Assembly: GCA_976551045.1 (NCBI GenBank)
Contig: CDPCPM010000231.1
Span: 930,001 to 994,000, forward strand
Length of the DNA: 64,000 nt
Reading direction: 5' to 3'
Source: Glaucostegus cemiculus
Lineage: Eukaryota
Below the pieces are notes generated by a model that was given only the letters and a program-made list of their open reading frames with translations, searched no databases and was not told where the DNA came from. Shown here one piece after another: positions 14,151-26,213 of this stretch. The translations under genes were made by a program, and so were the position numbers. Numbering within the stretch: position 1 is the first letter of the stretch; every line of letters starts with the position of its first letter.

Positions 14151-14305
14151 TTGTTTCCTAATACAGCTACAAGTTTTCTCCAATCCTGCATTTTACCTCC
14201 AAATTTCATATCATTCACCACTTAAAATTTATCCTTGCTCCCAAAAGCCATAGCATGGAGTTAATTTCTGTCCTACATCAAACAACATCTAGTAAGATCA
14301 GATTT

Positions 14306-14556
14306 CTTTTAGTCACATGTACATTGAAACAGTGAAATTCATCTTTCTATAGTGTTCTGGGGGCAGCCTACAAGTATTACCACGCTTCCAGTACCAGCAT
14401 AGTATGCCCACAACTTAACCTGCATGTCTTTGGAATGCGGGAGAAAAAGGGAGCACCCAGAGGAAACCCACACGGTCACGGGGAGAACATACAGCAGCCA
14501 GAATCGAACCTGGGTCACTGGCACTATAACAGCATTATGCCACCCCCTGCACTACT
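14306..14556 (-). mobile_element. SINE (young family, also at 43284, 52387 and 63712)
   Basis: Shared body gtgtgggtttcctc..ggtgctc..ttcctcccacattccaaagac and tail ..catgtgactaataaag. Confidence 0.85.
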
Positions 14557-14744
14557 GTGTTTCACCACCAAAGGTCATCTATATTTTTGTTGTGTGGGAA
14601 TTCAGAAACTTTACCTACATTTAAAACTGCTAATCCTTAAGATACCTCATTGGTTCTTACAGCAAGACAAACACCCAAAAGGTGCTATATAAATGTAAGA
14701 GTTTTTAAATTGAAAACTGCTCTCTACATGTATTTGTTCAAATT

Positions 14745-14750
14745 TTTATT
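14745..14750 (-). terminator. Candidate BID polyadenylation signal
   Basis: TTTATT on + (AATAAA on -), about 1.27 kb past the predicted stop. Confidence 0.45.
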
Positions 14751-16012
14751 TGGCTGAGTAGTGCTCTTAAAATCAACACTGTCAGACAATAACAGCAATA
14801 TCAAAGCCACTGAAAACTTTGTTGGCTTAGAACCAACACCACCCATATGCAAACTATTAAATTCAGAAATTACATCGCAAACTAATTAAACATTTCATTG
14901 TTCAGTTACTTAAGTAAAAATCCATTATGCTGGCATTCTTGGCATGTTGTGCTGGATGAGTAGACTTTCCATATTATATTTTAGTTCTAATATTCCAACA
15001 CTTTAAAATGTTGCACAATCAAATTTTCCAGTGAGCCAAAAAAGATTATAAGGAATCAGCATAGGGCAAGACAGGCACTGAACAATTGGGATTTCTAAAT
15101 AATTAGATGGTGGATTATTGGAGTTTTACTGTGGCATAATACAAGAAATATGAAAACACACAAGTTACTGGACTTTGGAATCACTATTGTAATGGCATGG
15201 ATCTAAAAATTCTGCATTTTATACAGATTTAGAAGTTTAATCATGGGACTTTAAAAAGCTTAGAACTTTAAAACTATTGGTAACTGAAAAAATAAGTAAA
15301 TAATTTTCAGATAGGTTGCAAATAATTACCTTAAATTTCAGTTATTTAATTTTGTGGCATAATTCAAAAGAAATGTCAACAATTATTGTAATGTAAACAA
15401 GTTTTAACATTGAGAAAATATCAAGTAGAACAAGTGCAATCTTGTTACTTGTAGTTTCAATGCAAATGTTCCTGTGAAGAAAAAGGAAAAATTGGGTTTA
15501 CTAATTTTATAACAGTATGAACAGCCATGAAAATTTAATAGTTTACAATCATCACAATCCAAACATTCAGGCATTGCAGTGAAAGACACTGATCAGCCAT
15601 CTTTTTGCATACATTCTTTCCAACAGAAATGGTATAAAACAGGAACAAGGCTCTAATATCCATGTTGGAATGGAAGATCATTCTTATCAGAATAGTTGAA
15701 ATGAAAAATTAGTCCAAAAAGGCTAACTTAGTCAAGTTTGGGCTCAGCTTAGTTCTAGTTCTTCCATAGATCATTTGTTGAAATCAGCAAATGGAGCTAC
15801 TGAAGTTTGAGAATAAGAATCATTATAAACTGCAAAAACAAATGATACAAATCCTTACAAATAATTTAAAGCTTGTAAGTCATTTCAGCTCAGTCAGCCT
15901 TTTGAGATGTGTTCAAGCCAGAGTATAGCATGGTCCAGGCTGTTATTTCAATAGTGAGGGAACAATACTTTCATTTTCCAGATGAAAAATTAAACTGAAT
16001 ATGTCTACTTTC

Positions 16013-16021
16013 TCAGGCTGC
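16013..16021 (-). CDS. BID: BID terminal coding micro-segment (Ala-Ala-stop), followed by the 3' UTR
   Basis: Strong acceptor ttgttttatttgtag|GCA GCC TGA in phase 0. Human BID also ends with a few codons (GMD*) in its last exon. Gives a total of about 192 aa. Confidence 0.7.
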   Translation of the reverse strand, partial: AA

Positions 16022-17359
16022 CTACAAATAAAACAATGAAAACCTGGGGAATTCTGCTATCCTGGTTAACTATTGTTCAGCCACTACCACAAAATATATT
16101 TGGTGATCATTTAACTTGTCTGTACCCCTCTACTTTGTCCAAATTAGCTGCTGAATCTCTTGTTATGCATTATGTAAAGCAGTCTTTTTAGGTCAATGGA
16201 AAAATTAGGACAGTAAATGTGGAAGCATGAATCTACAAGCAAACAGCATACACCCTTTGGTCCACCACCTAAATCTTGGTCGATGTCTCTGCAGGCATTC
16301 GGTAGCTTAATTATTTGTATACTGGACTTGTAGCACTACTGCTTCTGAGGAGGGGCTTGAATCCCATTAAAACAATTGGATAGTTAATTTTTTTTTAAAA
16401 AAAGACATTGCTATCATGGAAGTACTACGTTGTTGTAGAAATTCATTTGATTTATTTGTGTCCTTCAGAGAAGAAAGCTTGGCATCCTAAACCATAGGCC
16501 TTTTAAAAAAAAAACCTCCAATATGACCAACTCTAAATTGTCCTCTAAGTTACTAGTCCACCCCTCATTGATAGAGGGGAATCTGGGATGGACAATAAAT
16601 TGTGGCCAAGGCAGCATCATTCATGTCCCATGAGCAAAATGTAAAAAAAAATCCTCAGGGTAACATCACTACCTCTTCCTTTCAGGCATGCTGCAGATTT
16701 GAGGCCTTGGCTGATCTTTACTCTGCAGCATTGTAGCTGTCTAGCTTAGAAAATGGGATAACAGCCTAAAAGCCTAACTAAATACCAGTTATGTACCCAT
16801 CTGTCATTTGTATTCCTGGATGAAAATACTAGTGTTTTGGTGAACACAGATCATAGAGCTTCACTTGTTTTGCTGCTATCTAGTGGTCCTTCCTTCAAAA
16901 TGCCAAGATGGCAGAACTAATTGATAATAGTAATGGTGCTTAAGTAGATGTGGAAAATAGGAGATATTGGACACAAAAATCACCCATTAACCTAGGTATC
17001 TGTGGAAAAGTACAGTACTCATTTAGCTCAAAAGAATTTACTTTTATATTACTATAGTCTTACATTGCCCTTTAGTCAAAACTGCTCGTCTTGGTAGCTT
17101 TGGTTACGTTTGATTTCTTTGCCAAAGATTGTTATTCTACTTAACTACTTCTTTTCAACTTCTATAGCTGCACTGTATTCAGCGACTTGTATTGGTTTGC
17201 CAATGATCCAAGCAGCCCAATCAATTTTCCCCAGTGTTCTGGGCTTTCAGTCCTCTATTGCCACCAACACAAAATATTTTCTACCATCTATTATCTCCAC
17301 ACTGATCAGTACAATGATGCTAATTTCTTAACGTTGTTTGTTCAAAAGTAAAAACTTAC

Positions 17360-17581
17360 CCATCCTCCTAAATACTGAATGTAACTTTGAAGCCTTGTGG
17401 TTATGTACCGTACAGTGGTTCTAAAGAGGCGTGGGAGCAATCGAGGCTGCTCCATTACAGTCTTTTCTAACAGCAGAAGTGTCAGTAACAGAACACCTTT
17501 CTCCCGTGGCATATCTTGAACAACAGTAGTCCTTTGATTGGTCAAGCCATTAATTATGGCAGACAAAGTTGCAGTTCCATC
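17360..17581 (-). CDS. BID: BID core-helix exon ending in GGW
   Basis: Acceptor taatcag|GAT, 74 codons. DMPREKGVLLLTLLLLEKTVMEQPRLLPRLFRTTVRYI resembles human [38 protein letters not shown]. Donor TGG|gtaagt. Confidence 0.93.
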
Positions 17582-17619
17582 CTGATTAATTAAAAAATAC
17601 ACAATTCAAATGTAATTAG

Positions 17620-18430
17620 TGGTTATTACATTTTTAACCTGGGTTAATAAAGCTAAGAAAGGAAATAGGAGGGCAAAGAAGCCAAAAATATCCTTGCATG
17701 ATGGATTTAATCAGGAAAAAAAGTAACATATGGAAGGTACTGGCAAATGGGATCGAGGGAGTTTATTGAGGAATCTAGCTTAGGAGATAAAGTTAGGAGC
17801 ACAAAAATGGGCAATGAAATATTCCTGGCAAGTAGGATTAAGAAGAATATCAAGACATTCTATAAGTACATCAGGAGCAAGAATGTTGCCAGCAAAAGAG
17901 TGAGTGCCCTTGGGGACCATAGGGGGTAACCTAAGTGTGGAGCCAGGGGTCATGGGAACGTCCAAATTGAATACTTATCTGTACTCAGCAAGGAGAAGGA
18001 TATGGAAGATAGAGAGTTCAGGGTGGGATACATTGATAGGAGCTCATCAGTATTAAGGGGGAGATGTTAGATGTCATGGATTGATAAAATCCCCCAGGGC
18101 TAGGTGAGATCTATCCCAGGATGCTATGGGAACTAAGAGTTGGGGCCTGGCAGAGATTTTTGCATCTTTGTCAGCCACAGGTGACTGCAGGCATAAGTAT
18201 TGCTGTTCCTTTATTTAAGAAGCGATGAGCCGGGTAACTACAAGCCAACAAGCATTTCATCTGTGGGAGGGAAATTACGGATGAAACTTCTAATGAATTA
18301 GATTAAGATACATTTGGAAAGGCAGAGCTGCTCGGGGATAGTCAGAATGGCTTTGCGTGAGGGAAATCCTGCCTCACTGAATTTTTTTTTGAGGAGGTAA
18401 CTAAGAAAACAGTGAAGACAGGGTGATGGC
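17620..18430 (+). mobile_element. CR1 LINE ORF2 fragment in a BID intron
   Basis: LASRIKKNIKTFYKYIRSK..VSALGD, followed by frameshifted KSPGxDxIYPR and GFxxGKSCLT-like RT N-terminal motifs. Confidence 0.8.
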
Positions 18431-19994
18431 TACAGGCTGGAATGAAAGGGAAACTGCACCAATAGTAGAATTCATCCAAAATGTTACGTGTGCTTAAATT
18501 TAAAGTTGCGTCTATGGTAATTTCAAATTATTCTAATGTCAACTTAAACAGCAGTTTGTGGGTTTTCCATCTGATATGTTAATGCAACTGTACAATCATC
18601 TAGAAAACAGAAGTGTGATCCATAGCCCAACCTCTTGGGCAAACAGGTGGGATTCTAACCCACATTTTCCAATAATGCTCATTACTCAAGTCTTCGGTTT
18701 GCAAACAGGAGGGGAGTAGGGATCAGGCAGATTAAGAGAGAAGAAAAAAAAATGAATATTTTAAAAGAAATTTATATTTGTTTCCAACACCAATTAAAAC
18801 TGTCAGAATGAGATTCCCCACAGTCATTGTTTTAAAGTTTTGAGATAGGGACTGATGATATTTATTCTCTATGTTTAATTGGCCTCCAGATGGTGGTGGT
18901 GAATCATTTACTGTATTCCTTCTAATGTCCACAATATTGATAGGAAGAGCACTGCAGGATTTGTTGGTTGATTTTTACCTGCCTCCTTCAATTCAGGGGC
19001 ATTTCAGGACAGACAATAAATGCTGGTCTTACCACAATGTCCACATTCTTTGAAGGGATTTTTAAAATTTAGATCCAATTACAATGATGGAACAGTGATG
19101 AATGCCCAAGTCAGATCAGCATGCAACTAGGAGAGGAACATGTAAATTCCACCCACTGCCCTGTCGTCCTCTCTGGTGGAGGTGGTAGGTTTGAGAACTG
19201 AGGCAGGAGGATGCCCGCAGTGCATTTTTGAGATGATTTTGACGTTACTTTGACATGCTGTATATATGTGGGAGTTAACTGTGTGAAACCACTAATGTCT
19301 TCCAGTGAAATTTCATAAATTACTTGAGAATTAATTAGGATGAAATTTTCAGGAATTAAGTCAGAACATAAAACTTTCATACAAGATTTGTATGGTATTC
19401 TGTAAATACATACTTCCTTAAAGAGAAAGGATACAGCAGATGCTTCATACTACATTTCTCTTTAATGCAAATAGTCTGGGCACTTGGAAGTTGCAAATAA
19501 TAGCCACATCTATAAATTTTACATGCAAAAATTACTTCAGTCACAGCATTAATAAATGGATTCACAACAAACCTTAACACTTACTTCATCCTTTGGACAA
19601 AATGTGAACCCACCAGGTAAATAAGTATTGAATTTGTGGACCCACCACAGATGCAGGACAGGCTTAGTGATGGATGTTGGGGAGTTCTGTCTGAATAGAT
19701 AGTCAGTTGAATGGAGCCTCCCAATTTGGGCATTAAAAAAGATAAGGCAAGTTCAACTTGTTTAAAACTCTGAAATAATTTAAAACATTAAAATAAACTA
19801 GGTGTTTGGGTGCATTTTTAATCATTTTTGAAATGCATCATTACTTAAGATTAAAAATAATTCTTAAATTAAAAAGTGTTGCAAAGCCATGACAACTTTC
19901 ACAAGAATCAACACTTTGCTAACAGCCTTATCTCCTGTCTTGGGTCAGGTTTATTCGACAACTTTCATCTATACAAAAAGATGCTACATAGACT

Positions 19995-20325
19995 ACCATG
20001 CCCTCTTCCCACTGCTACTGTCAGGCAGGAGGTTCTAAGCCTGAAGTCCCAACTACCAGGGTCAAGAACATCTACTTTCCTACAACCATCAGGTTCTTGA
20101 ATCAACCTGCACAATCTTAATTCTACCCCAGCAATGGACACTATGGACCACACCAGGGACTTGTTTCTAATTGTATTTTTGCACTAATGTCTCTCGTTTT
20201 GCACAATTTATGTTCCAGGTATTGTCTGAATCTATATGCTTGTGATGCTGCTGCTGCAAGCAAGTTTTTCGTTATACTTGTACCTCACCATACTTGTGCA
20301 CATGACAGTAAACTCAACTTGATGC
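19995..20325 (+). mobile_element. Rex1/Babar-type LINE 3' end
   Basis: Frameshifted LLxSGRR..SLKS.TTR.KN.YFPTTIRFLN terminus. The same 3' tail (gtgatgctgctgcaag..atgacartaaactcaactt) recurs at about 47740-47830. Confidence 0.65.
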
Positions 20326-20586
20326 CAAAATAAAAAACAACATATGTATGTGCTGGGTATCCTCATTCATAACATTCAAAACAGCTGTAGTGGAGATTGG
20401 GAAAATGGTTTTAATTAGAAAAAGTTTTTAAGATGGAGAGAAAGGGCCTGTTAAGCAGTTGACAACTGTAGAAATATCCAAAGGCAAGCAGTACGAACCC
20501 ACCAGATGTATTCACCATTTGTTCATCAAAATAAAGGCATCAATGTATTCTAAGTTAAAGTGATCAAATAGGTGATGGATGCTTAC

Positions 20587-20720
20587 TTCTTGGGGCCGAA
20601 TTCTTTCATTTGCACGGATAAATCCTTCAACCACATCACGATTAATGCCTCGATCCAACCCATCTCCCATCTGAGCTAAGCGTACACCTATGTCTCTGTA
20701 CAATTCTTCAACAAATGGAG
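20587..20720 (-). CDS. BID: BID BH3-containing exon
   Basis: (A)PFVEELYRDIGVRLAQMGDGLDRGINRDVVEGFIRANERIRPQE. BH3 LAQMGDGLD resembles human LAQVGDSMD. Phase-0 donor GAA|gtaagc. The acceptor is atypical (GAG; see findings). Confidence 0.92.
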
Positions 20721-23189
20721 CTCCAGGAAATAAAATGACAGGTATTTTATTTTTAAACTCAATTACCAACATCAAAACATTAAATATATTGCTCTTTTAG
20801 TCACAGTAGTTGTTGCACATTAGATATTACACGTTTCTGTTTGTTTTACAGCATTTGTTTTCAATGGAACCAGCATCAGTGTACAAAGTGTCACTGTTGA
20901 GATGATAAGATTAATCCAGGACAATGCTGGATCCCACTCATTTCTATACCCATGTGTTATGAATTTTGTCACCATTGTGTGAAAAATTTCATAAAATTTC
21001 TTATTCTTACATTTGCAGTTTTTTTGTATCTAAAAATAAAACAAAGTGTTATAAATGTTTGCAAAGTTGAGCTGCATCTGTGGGGGATAAAAGTTAAATG
21101 ATGATGATTAATTGATGATTCAACATAATCTGGAAAAACTGGTTATCTGGAAGATGTACCAGAAGGATTGCAATAAAAATAGAAAAGGCTGGAAATACCT
21201 AGTGGGTTGAGAGAGGAACAAAGTTGAAGTTCCAAGTTGACGACCTTTCACTGGGGTTATGATGCAAGGCCATGGATCTAAAAAGTTAATATTTCTACCT
21301 CAGTTCCAGCATTGCTTTTGTTCCCTTTCTCCTGTTTTCATTCACCTCATTTCCTTCTGCTTATACCTCCTCCAGACAGATCAGCCTTCACATCCTCTCT
21401 CAACCAACCCTACCATCACATCCGTCTTGGTCTCCAACCCATCACGAGGATAACACGAGCAGATTTCTTTTGCCTTTCCTCCTTTTTTGCTCCAAGTTCA
21501 TAACTCCCTTGTTTCCTGACACTCAGAACTGGTCACTGCATGCAAGGAATGCTCTCCATAGTGTTATCCTGACTTTTCTCAATTTATATTCTGGGGTTTT
21601 AGCTTCAGTATTTATTGGCTGATCATTTTGAGCTCAATAGGAAATGTGTCAGCCATTTTCCTTCCTATATTCAATTCTTTACATTTCTCAGATTATGCAT
21701 ATTTTGTTTAACAATTTGTAATACGAGCTTCCTTCTTTGATACCACTGTCTCTTCTAGGTACGATCTGCTTGGTGACCAAGTTGCACTGAGCTTTTAAGG
21801 TTGCATGTATGGATGCAAATTTGAAAGTACCAACTGTGGCACAATTTACTCAATATTTGTCAAACCCCAATATTAACTCTAATCATTATTTTCTACCCCA
21901 GCAATTTCTCATAATTGCCAAGCCTTACCCTGCACCCCAATCCCTCAAGCCTAAAAAGCTGCAAATCACCCATATGTCTATCACATATCTTTAGGGAGAC
22001 TAAGTATGTAATGCCAAAGGGTTTAATACCCAAATGGGGTATCACTTCCTCAAAGCAGTTAAGATGGTTGATCAAGCAAGCCCTTCTAAAGCTGTGTCAC
22101 TTGCAGTTGACTAGGTTATGGTACAAATCAACCAGGTTTGCCCCAATGCATGGTTTCATTATCTTTAAAAAAACATCAGTCTAAAGAAAGATAAATGCAG
22201 CTGTGGTTGTTGGTGCCTCTGTACACAATCCTTCTGAAAATTAGCACGGCATCAGCTCATCTCCAAACTGATAGCAGCACCCACTGACTTCCTCAGTGAT
22301 TATCAGTGCTTCTCAAAACTCTTCCCTAATACTGACCCAACACTTTGGAATAACTACCACCTAACCTGGAATTCCTCTTTAAAAAAAAAACTGAATTTGC
22401 CAAGGTTGATAGCCAAGTTTCCTGCTCAACGTTATTATCCATTTGTAAATTGTCAGACTCAGTCCGCTCAAATCAAATTTTGAAACAATAATCTGATCTT
22501 ACTTTCTCAATAAAAAGGGTGTTAGGAAAAATTACTATTTGTGTTAAGTCATGAAGAGCTGCTCAAATATCAGCAGTCCAGAGGGTAAAAATCTAATTCC
22601 AAAAAAACTTTGTTTTAAGTGCAGAGAGAGAGAGAGAGAATCTGTAGCCTAGATTTCAGTCTTGACAATTACAGATAAACTTAAATCATTTACTTCCTTC
22701 ATTTAAATACTTTATACTCCAGAATACTGGTACTGGTAGCTCGTGTTCTAGCAATCCAATTTACAATTTTTTTTATTATTAGGAATATGGGAGCATTGGC
22801 CATATTTCCAGAGTGTAACCAGGACTAGGGAACCTGCAGCTTAGCAAAACTTAAATTCCACCAGGCAGCAAGCAAAATTAGCTATTAGAAAAGAATAAGA
22901 AATCACTGTAATTAATTACTGGTGAGAACACTAGTGGGAGAGTCTCAAACAAGGAGACATAGGGGTAGTTATTTAAAATGACCTACATAGAAATTTCTTC
23001 TTGCAGAGGGTGATGAATCTCAGATTTAAAGCAGAGGAATAGAGGGGTATGGAGAAATGGCATAGAAGGAGGAGAGGAGGCCAACATGGATCAGCTATGA
23101 ACATATGCCATGGCAAGGCAGGCTTGAAGCACCCAATGGCCAACTCCTATTGTGTATATTGTTTTAAATGTTTAAATTTTATTTACAGC

Positions 23190-23418
23190 GTGGTAACAGG
23201 CCCTTTCGGCCCTCCAAGTCCATGCCACCCATTTTAAACCCCCAAATTAACCTACCCATACATCTTTCAGAATGTGGGAGGAAACCGGAGCACCCGGAGG
23301 AAACCCACACAGACATGGGAGAATGTACAAACTCCTTACAGACAGCGACGGGAATCGAACCCTGAGCGCTGGTGCTGTAACAGCGTTGTGCTAACCACTA
23401 CGCTATCGTGCCACCCTA
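23190..23418 (-). mobile_element. SINE with CR1-like tail
   Basis: tRNA head gtggcacgatagcgtagtggttagc..ggttcgattccc, V-domain body, and aggccctttcggcc tail. Confidence 0.85.
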
Positions 23419-24143
23419 TTGTGATTATATATAATTCACAGCTCATTATTCAAGAATAGTATTAGGGCAAATGTTCTACATACAATTTTAGATGTAACTG
23501 TCACCGATTAAATGCAAAATATGCAGGATAAAATTACAAGAACAGAATTTGAAATAAAACAATGCTTAAAATACACCAGTCAGGCAGCACCCATGGAGAC
23601 AGAAACAAATGCTATTGACACTTCGAACAGTTACATTTGCAACAGGTTTCAAGCTCAGAGGCTGGCAAACAGTGACATAGAGAGAGCAAGGTTAGTAGCA
23701 GGGTGGAAGTGGAAAGCGGAAGTTCAATGTAGGAAGGGGCAAGTAAACATGATTAACAGAGGGCAGCAGCAGGATCACTTTCAGGGGAAAAGGGCACAAT
23801 GATGGCATCAGCCTGGATGTTCTGTTGAATACAACGTACAACGTATGGTACTACAGGAGGTGAGGATGAGGGGAACCGGAGTGTAGCTCCAGAAGGGTGG
23901 GGGAGTTAGGAGGAAGATGATGGTCAAGAACACGTGCAGTAAGTGGGTTAAAATACAGACAAAGACCCAGGTCATCATGTGCAGCAGTATGCTCAGTGAG
24001 GGTAAATGGAGACAAATTAGCATGGAAAATGGTAATATCAAATATGAGAATGCTTGGGGAAAAATAGAAGAAACCAGGTGGGAGAAAACATACAGTCAAA
24101 ACAGCTGAGGTTCTCAGCAGGTTTCCAGTAATATGTTTAGTAC

Positions 24144-24357
24144 CTTCAAGTTCTACGGCTGAACGAGAAAAAGATAAAGACGAGCAGTGTCCATCTGTCT
24201 GAATATCATCATCAAATGCTAATTCTTCTCTGACTTCTTTTTCAAGTTTACATATTTCTTCCCCAAGGATGCGATTTTCAAACTTCTTTGCTTTAAGAAA
24301 TATCAACAAAATGTACTGCGTCTGTTTTTCGAACAACAGATCAGCCTCCAGGGACAT
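24144..24357 (-). CDS. BID: BID first coding exon (exon starts at acceptor 24377; ATG at 24357): N-terminal helices and caspase-8 loop
   Basis: Acceptor ttgcag|gag. Reads MSLEADLLFEKQTQYILLIFLKAK...DDDIQTDGHCSS...AVELE; IQTD|G corresponds to human LQTD|G. Phase-1 donor AAG|gtacta at 24144. Confidence 0.93.
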
Positions 24358-24490
24358 GTCCAAAGTGTCCCTTCCTCCTGCAATTTAAACAAACAGAAAA
24401 TGGGTAGGTTTTTAGAAGTGAGTGAGAGGCAACTGGAAGCAACACGTCCATGCTTGAGGCAGGGTATTTTGGAGAAAACACTAACGCAAA

Positions 24491-24566
24491 ATGGGAAGAT
24501 TAATCCAAGATGGGAAGATTAATCCAAGATGGGAAGATTAATCCAAGATGGGAAGATTAATCCAAG
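24491..24566. repeat. Perfect 19-bp tandem repeat, 4 copies (ATGGGAAGATTAATCCAAG), in BID intron 1
   Basis: Four exact copies starting at 24491, 24510, 24529 and 24548. Confidence 0.97.
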
Positions 24567-24699
24567 AGTCAGATGACTAAATGGACGGTCTATACAGTTT
24601 GGCTTTCTTTTAAATACAAGGAAGTGCTATAACCGGAAGCTAAAACAGTTTTGCATTTCTTCCAAAAAAAAAGCTCCAAGCATGTAAAATAATTAACAA

Positions 24700-25350
24700 A
24701 GCAATTTGTTTGCGAGTGTTCTGCGCATTAAACTTTGCATAAATAACTTTTTGGTTCGCCGAACCCGCGGCTCCAACGCCGAAGGACGCCACGAGTTGCG
24801 GGTAAACAGCAGCTCCGTTACTCCGACCCACAAACAGAAATCGCCTTGAAAACGCGGCGGATCGGGCAGCGGGTGGGAAGCGAGGGCGCCCGCGCTGACA
24901 TCTGCCACCTCCGGCGCTTTACATTTCGGGCTCCGAACAAACGTGGCAAAGACCGAGCGGCGGGAGACCCCCTTCAACAAACTTACTCAACGCGACACCA
25001 GAAAGTAGGCGAAGGTTAAACCCGGCCGCTGATTGACTTGAAGCTGGTCCAGCAGCCCTGCCTCCTTCTCCCTGGTCAGCCTGCAGTGGGAGCTCGGCTC
25101 GGAGTGGCCGGAGCGGGCGCCGACCGTCAGCCCGCTGCCCGCTGCCCGCTACTGCGGGCGGACCATCCCGCTACACTGGTTGTTACAGGGCGGCTGCTCG
25201 GCGCAGGCGCACGACACCCGCTTCCCCGCTGCAGCCTCGCACGGCGGGTCAAACACTGTCCGCTTCTGAAATTGATAATTCCCTTGGGGGTAAGTTAGTG
25301 GGGATCCTGGAATCGAGCCAGATGGTGGGGGGGGGGGGGGGGGGAAGTGA
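24700..25350 (-). promoter_or_regulatory. BID: BID CpG-island promoter and non-coding exon 1 (donor TGA|gtaagt at 24987)
   Basis: Sharp GC/CpG enrichment against the AT-rich background. Consensus donor on the minus strand, about 600 nt upstream of the exon-2 acceptor. G18 run followed by GGAAGT (ETS-like) at about 25327-25348. Confidence 0.75.
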
Positions 25351-26082
25351 CCCGCCTTTTGTTAAAAGTCCCGAATGAGGCGAGGAAATACTGTAAATCG
25401 AGCTGAAGTGCAGAAAGAGAATTGAGATGTACTTCCTCCCCGTTGAACATTTGGTGTCTGACACTCCCCAACGGGGAATAAAATTAGACAGCTAAAGTGA
25501 AGAAAACAAAATCACCTGCTTTTATAGAAAAGTGGTATTAATATACAGGAATGTAATGGGCTAGTCAAGCAAGAATACACGCATCTGAAATGCAATAATA
25601 TCATCACAGCTCCCCATTAATTCACCTTGTAGACTAGAACCAATTTAGATAGATAAATACGAGTTAATGCTCTCCTGGAGAGGAAACAAACTGAACAGTG
25701 TAAAATTTTCTAAAGTAAACTGTGTGGCCCGGGGAAAGCTGCTTCCTAAATTCCAGCTCGTCTCTCATTCATACTACTCAGTTTGACTTATCAAAATCCC
25801 AGGGTGAATAGATTAATGTGCCCCCAGGAAGAGAATGCTGGGCAGCACGGTTTTCACTGGCCATCTTTCAAGATGTTCAATGTCGTCAAGTGTTTTCATT
25901 GGACTAAAATATTTGGTCAGTCCATGCCTGGGCTGATCCACTGCCTGTGGTCCCTGCTCACCAGCACCCACTTGGTCTGGACGCACAAAGCTCAACTCAT
26001 TGGCCCTGAATCATTCTGCAGAATGCAAGGGGCCTGCTCGCCGGTTGTTCCCAACAAGCTGAGCAGGACAAAGTCTGCCTTT

Positions 26083-26213
26083 TTGGCTTTTATGCTTATG
26101 GGATGTTGGCTTTTATGCTTATGGGATGTTGGCTTTTATGCTTATGGGATGTTGGCTTTTATGCTTATGGGATGTTGGCTTTTATAAATTGCTTATGGGA
26201 TGTTGGCTTTTAT
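26083..26213 (+). repeat. 23-bp tandem repeat (GCTTATGGGATGTTGGCTTTTAT), about 5.5 copies, at a CR1 5' junction
   Basis: Copies at 26094, 26117, 26140, 26163 and 26191, plus a partial copy at 26083. The unit is CR1 coding sequence (AYGMLAF). Confidence 0.95.

Noticed and set aside
15940-16020. Longer C-terminal tail or TM anchor for BID (QPEKVDIFSLIFHL...)
   Set aside because: Requires phase 1, but the GGW donor is phase 0, which gives AA*.
23851-24143. C-terminal extension of ORF 23851-24363 beyond AVELE
   Set aside because: Read-through into the intron past the phase-1 donor at 24144; no BID similarity.
24491-26213. Tandem repeats as CRISPR-like arrays
   Set aside because: Head-to-tail units with no unique spacers, no cas genes, and a eukaryotic context.
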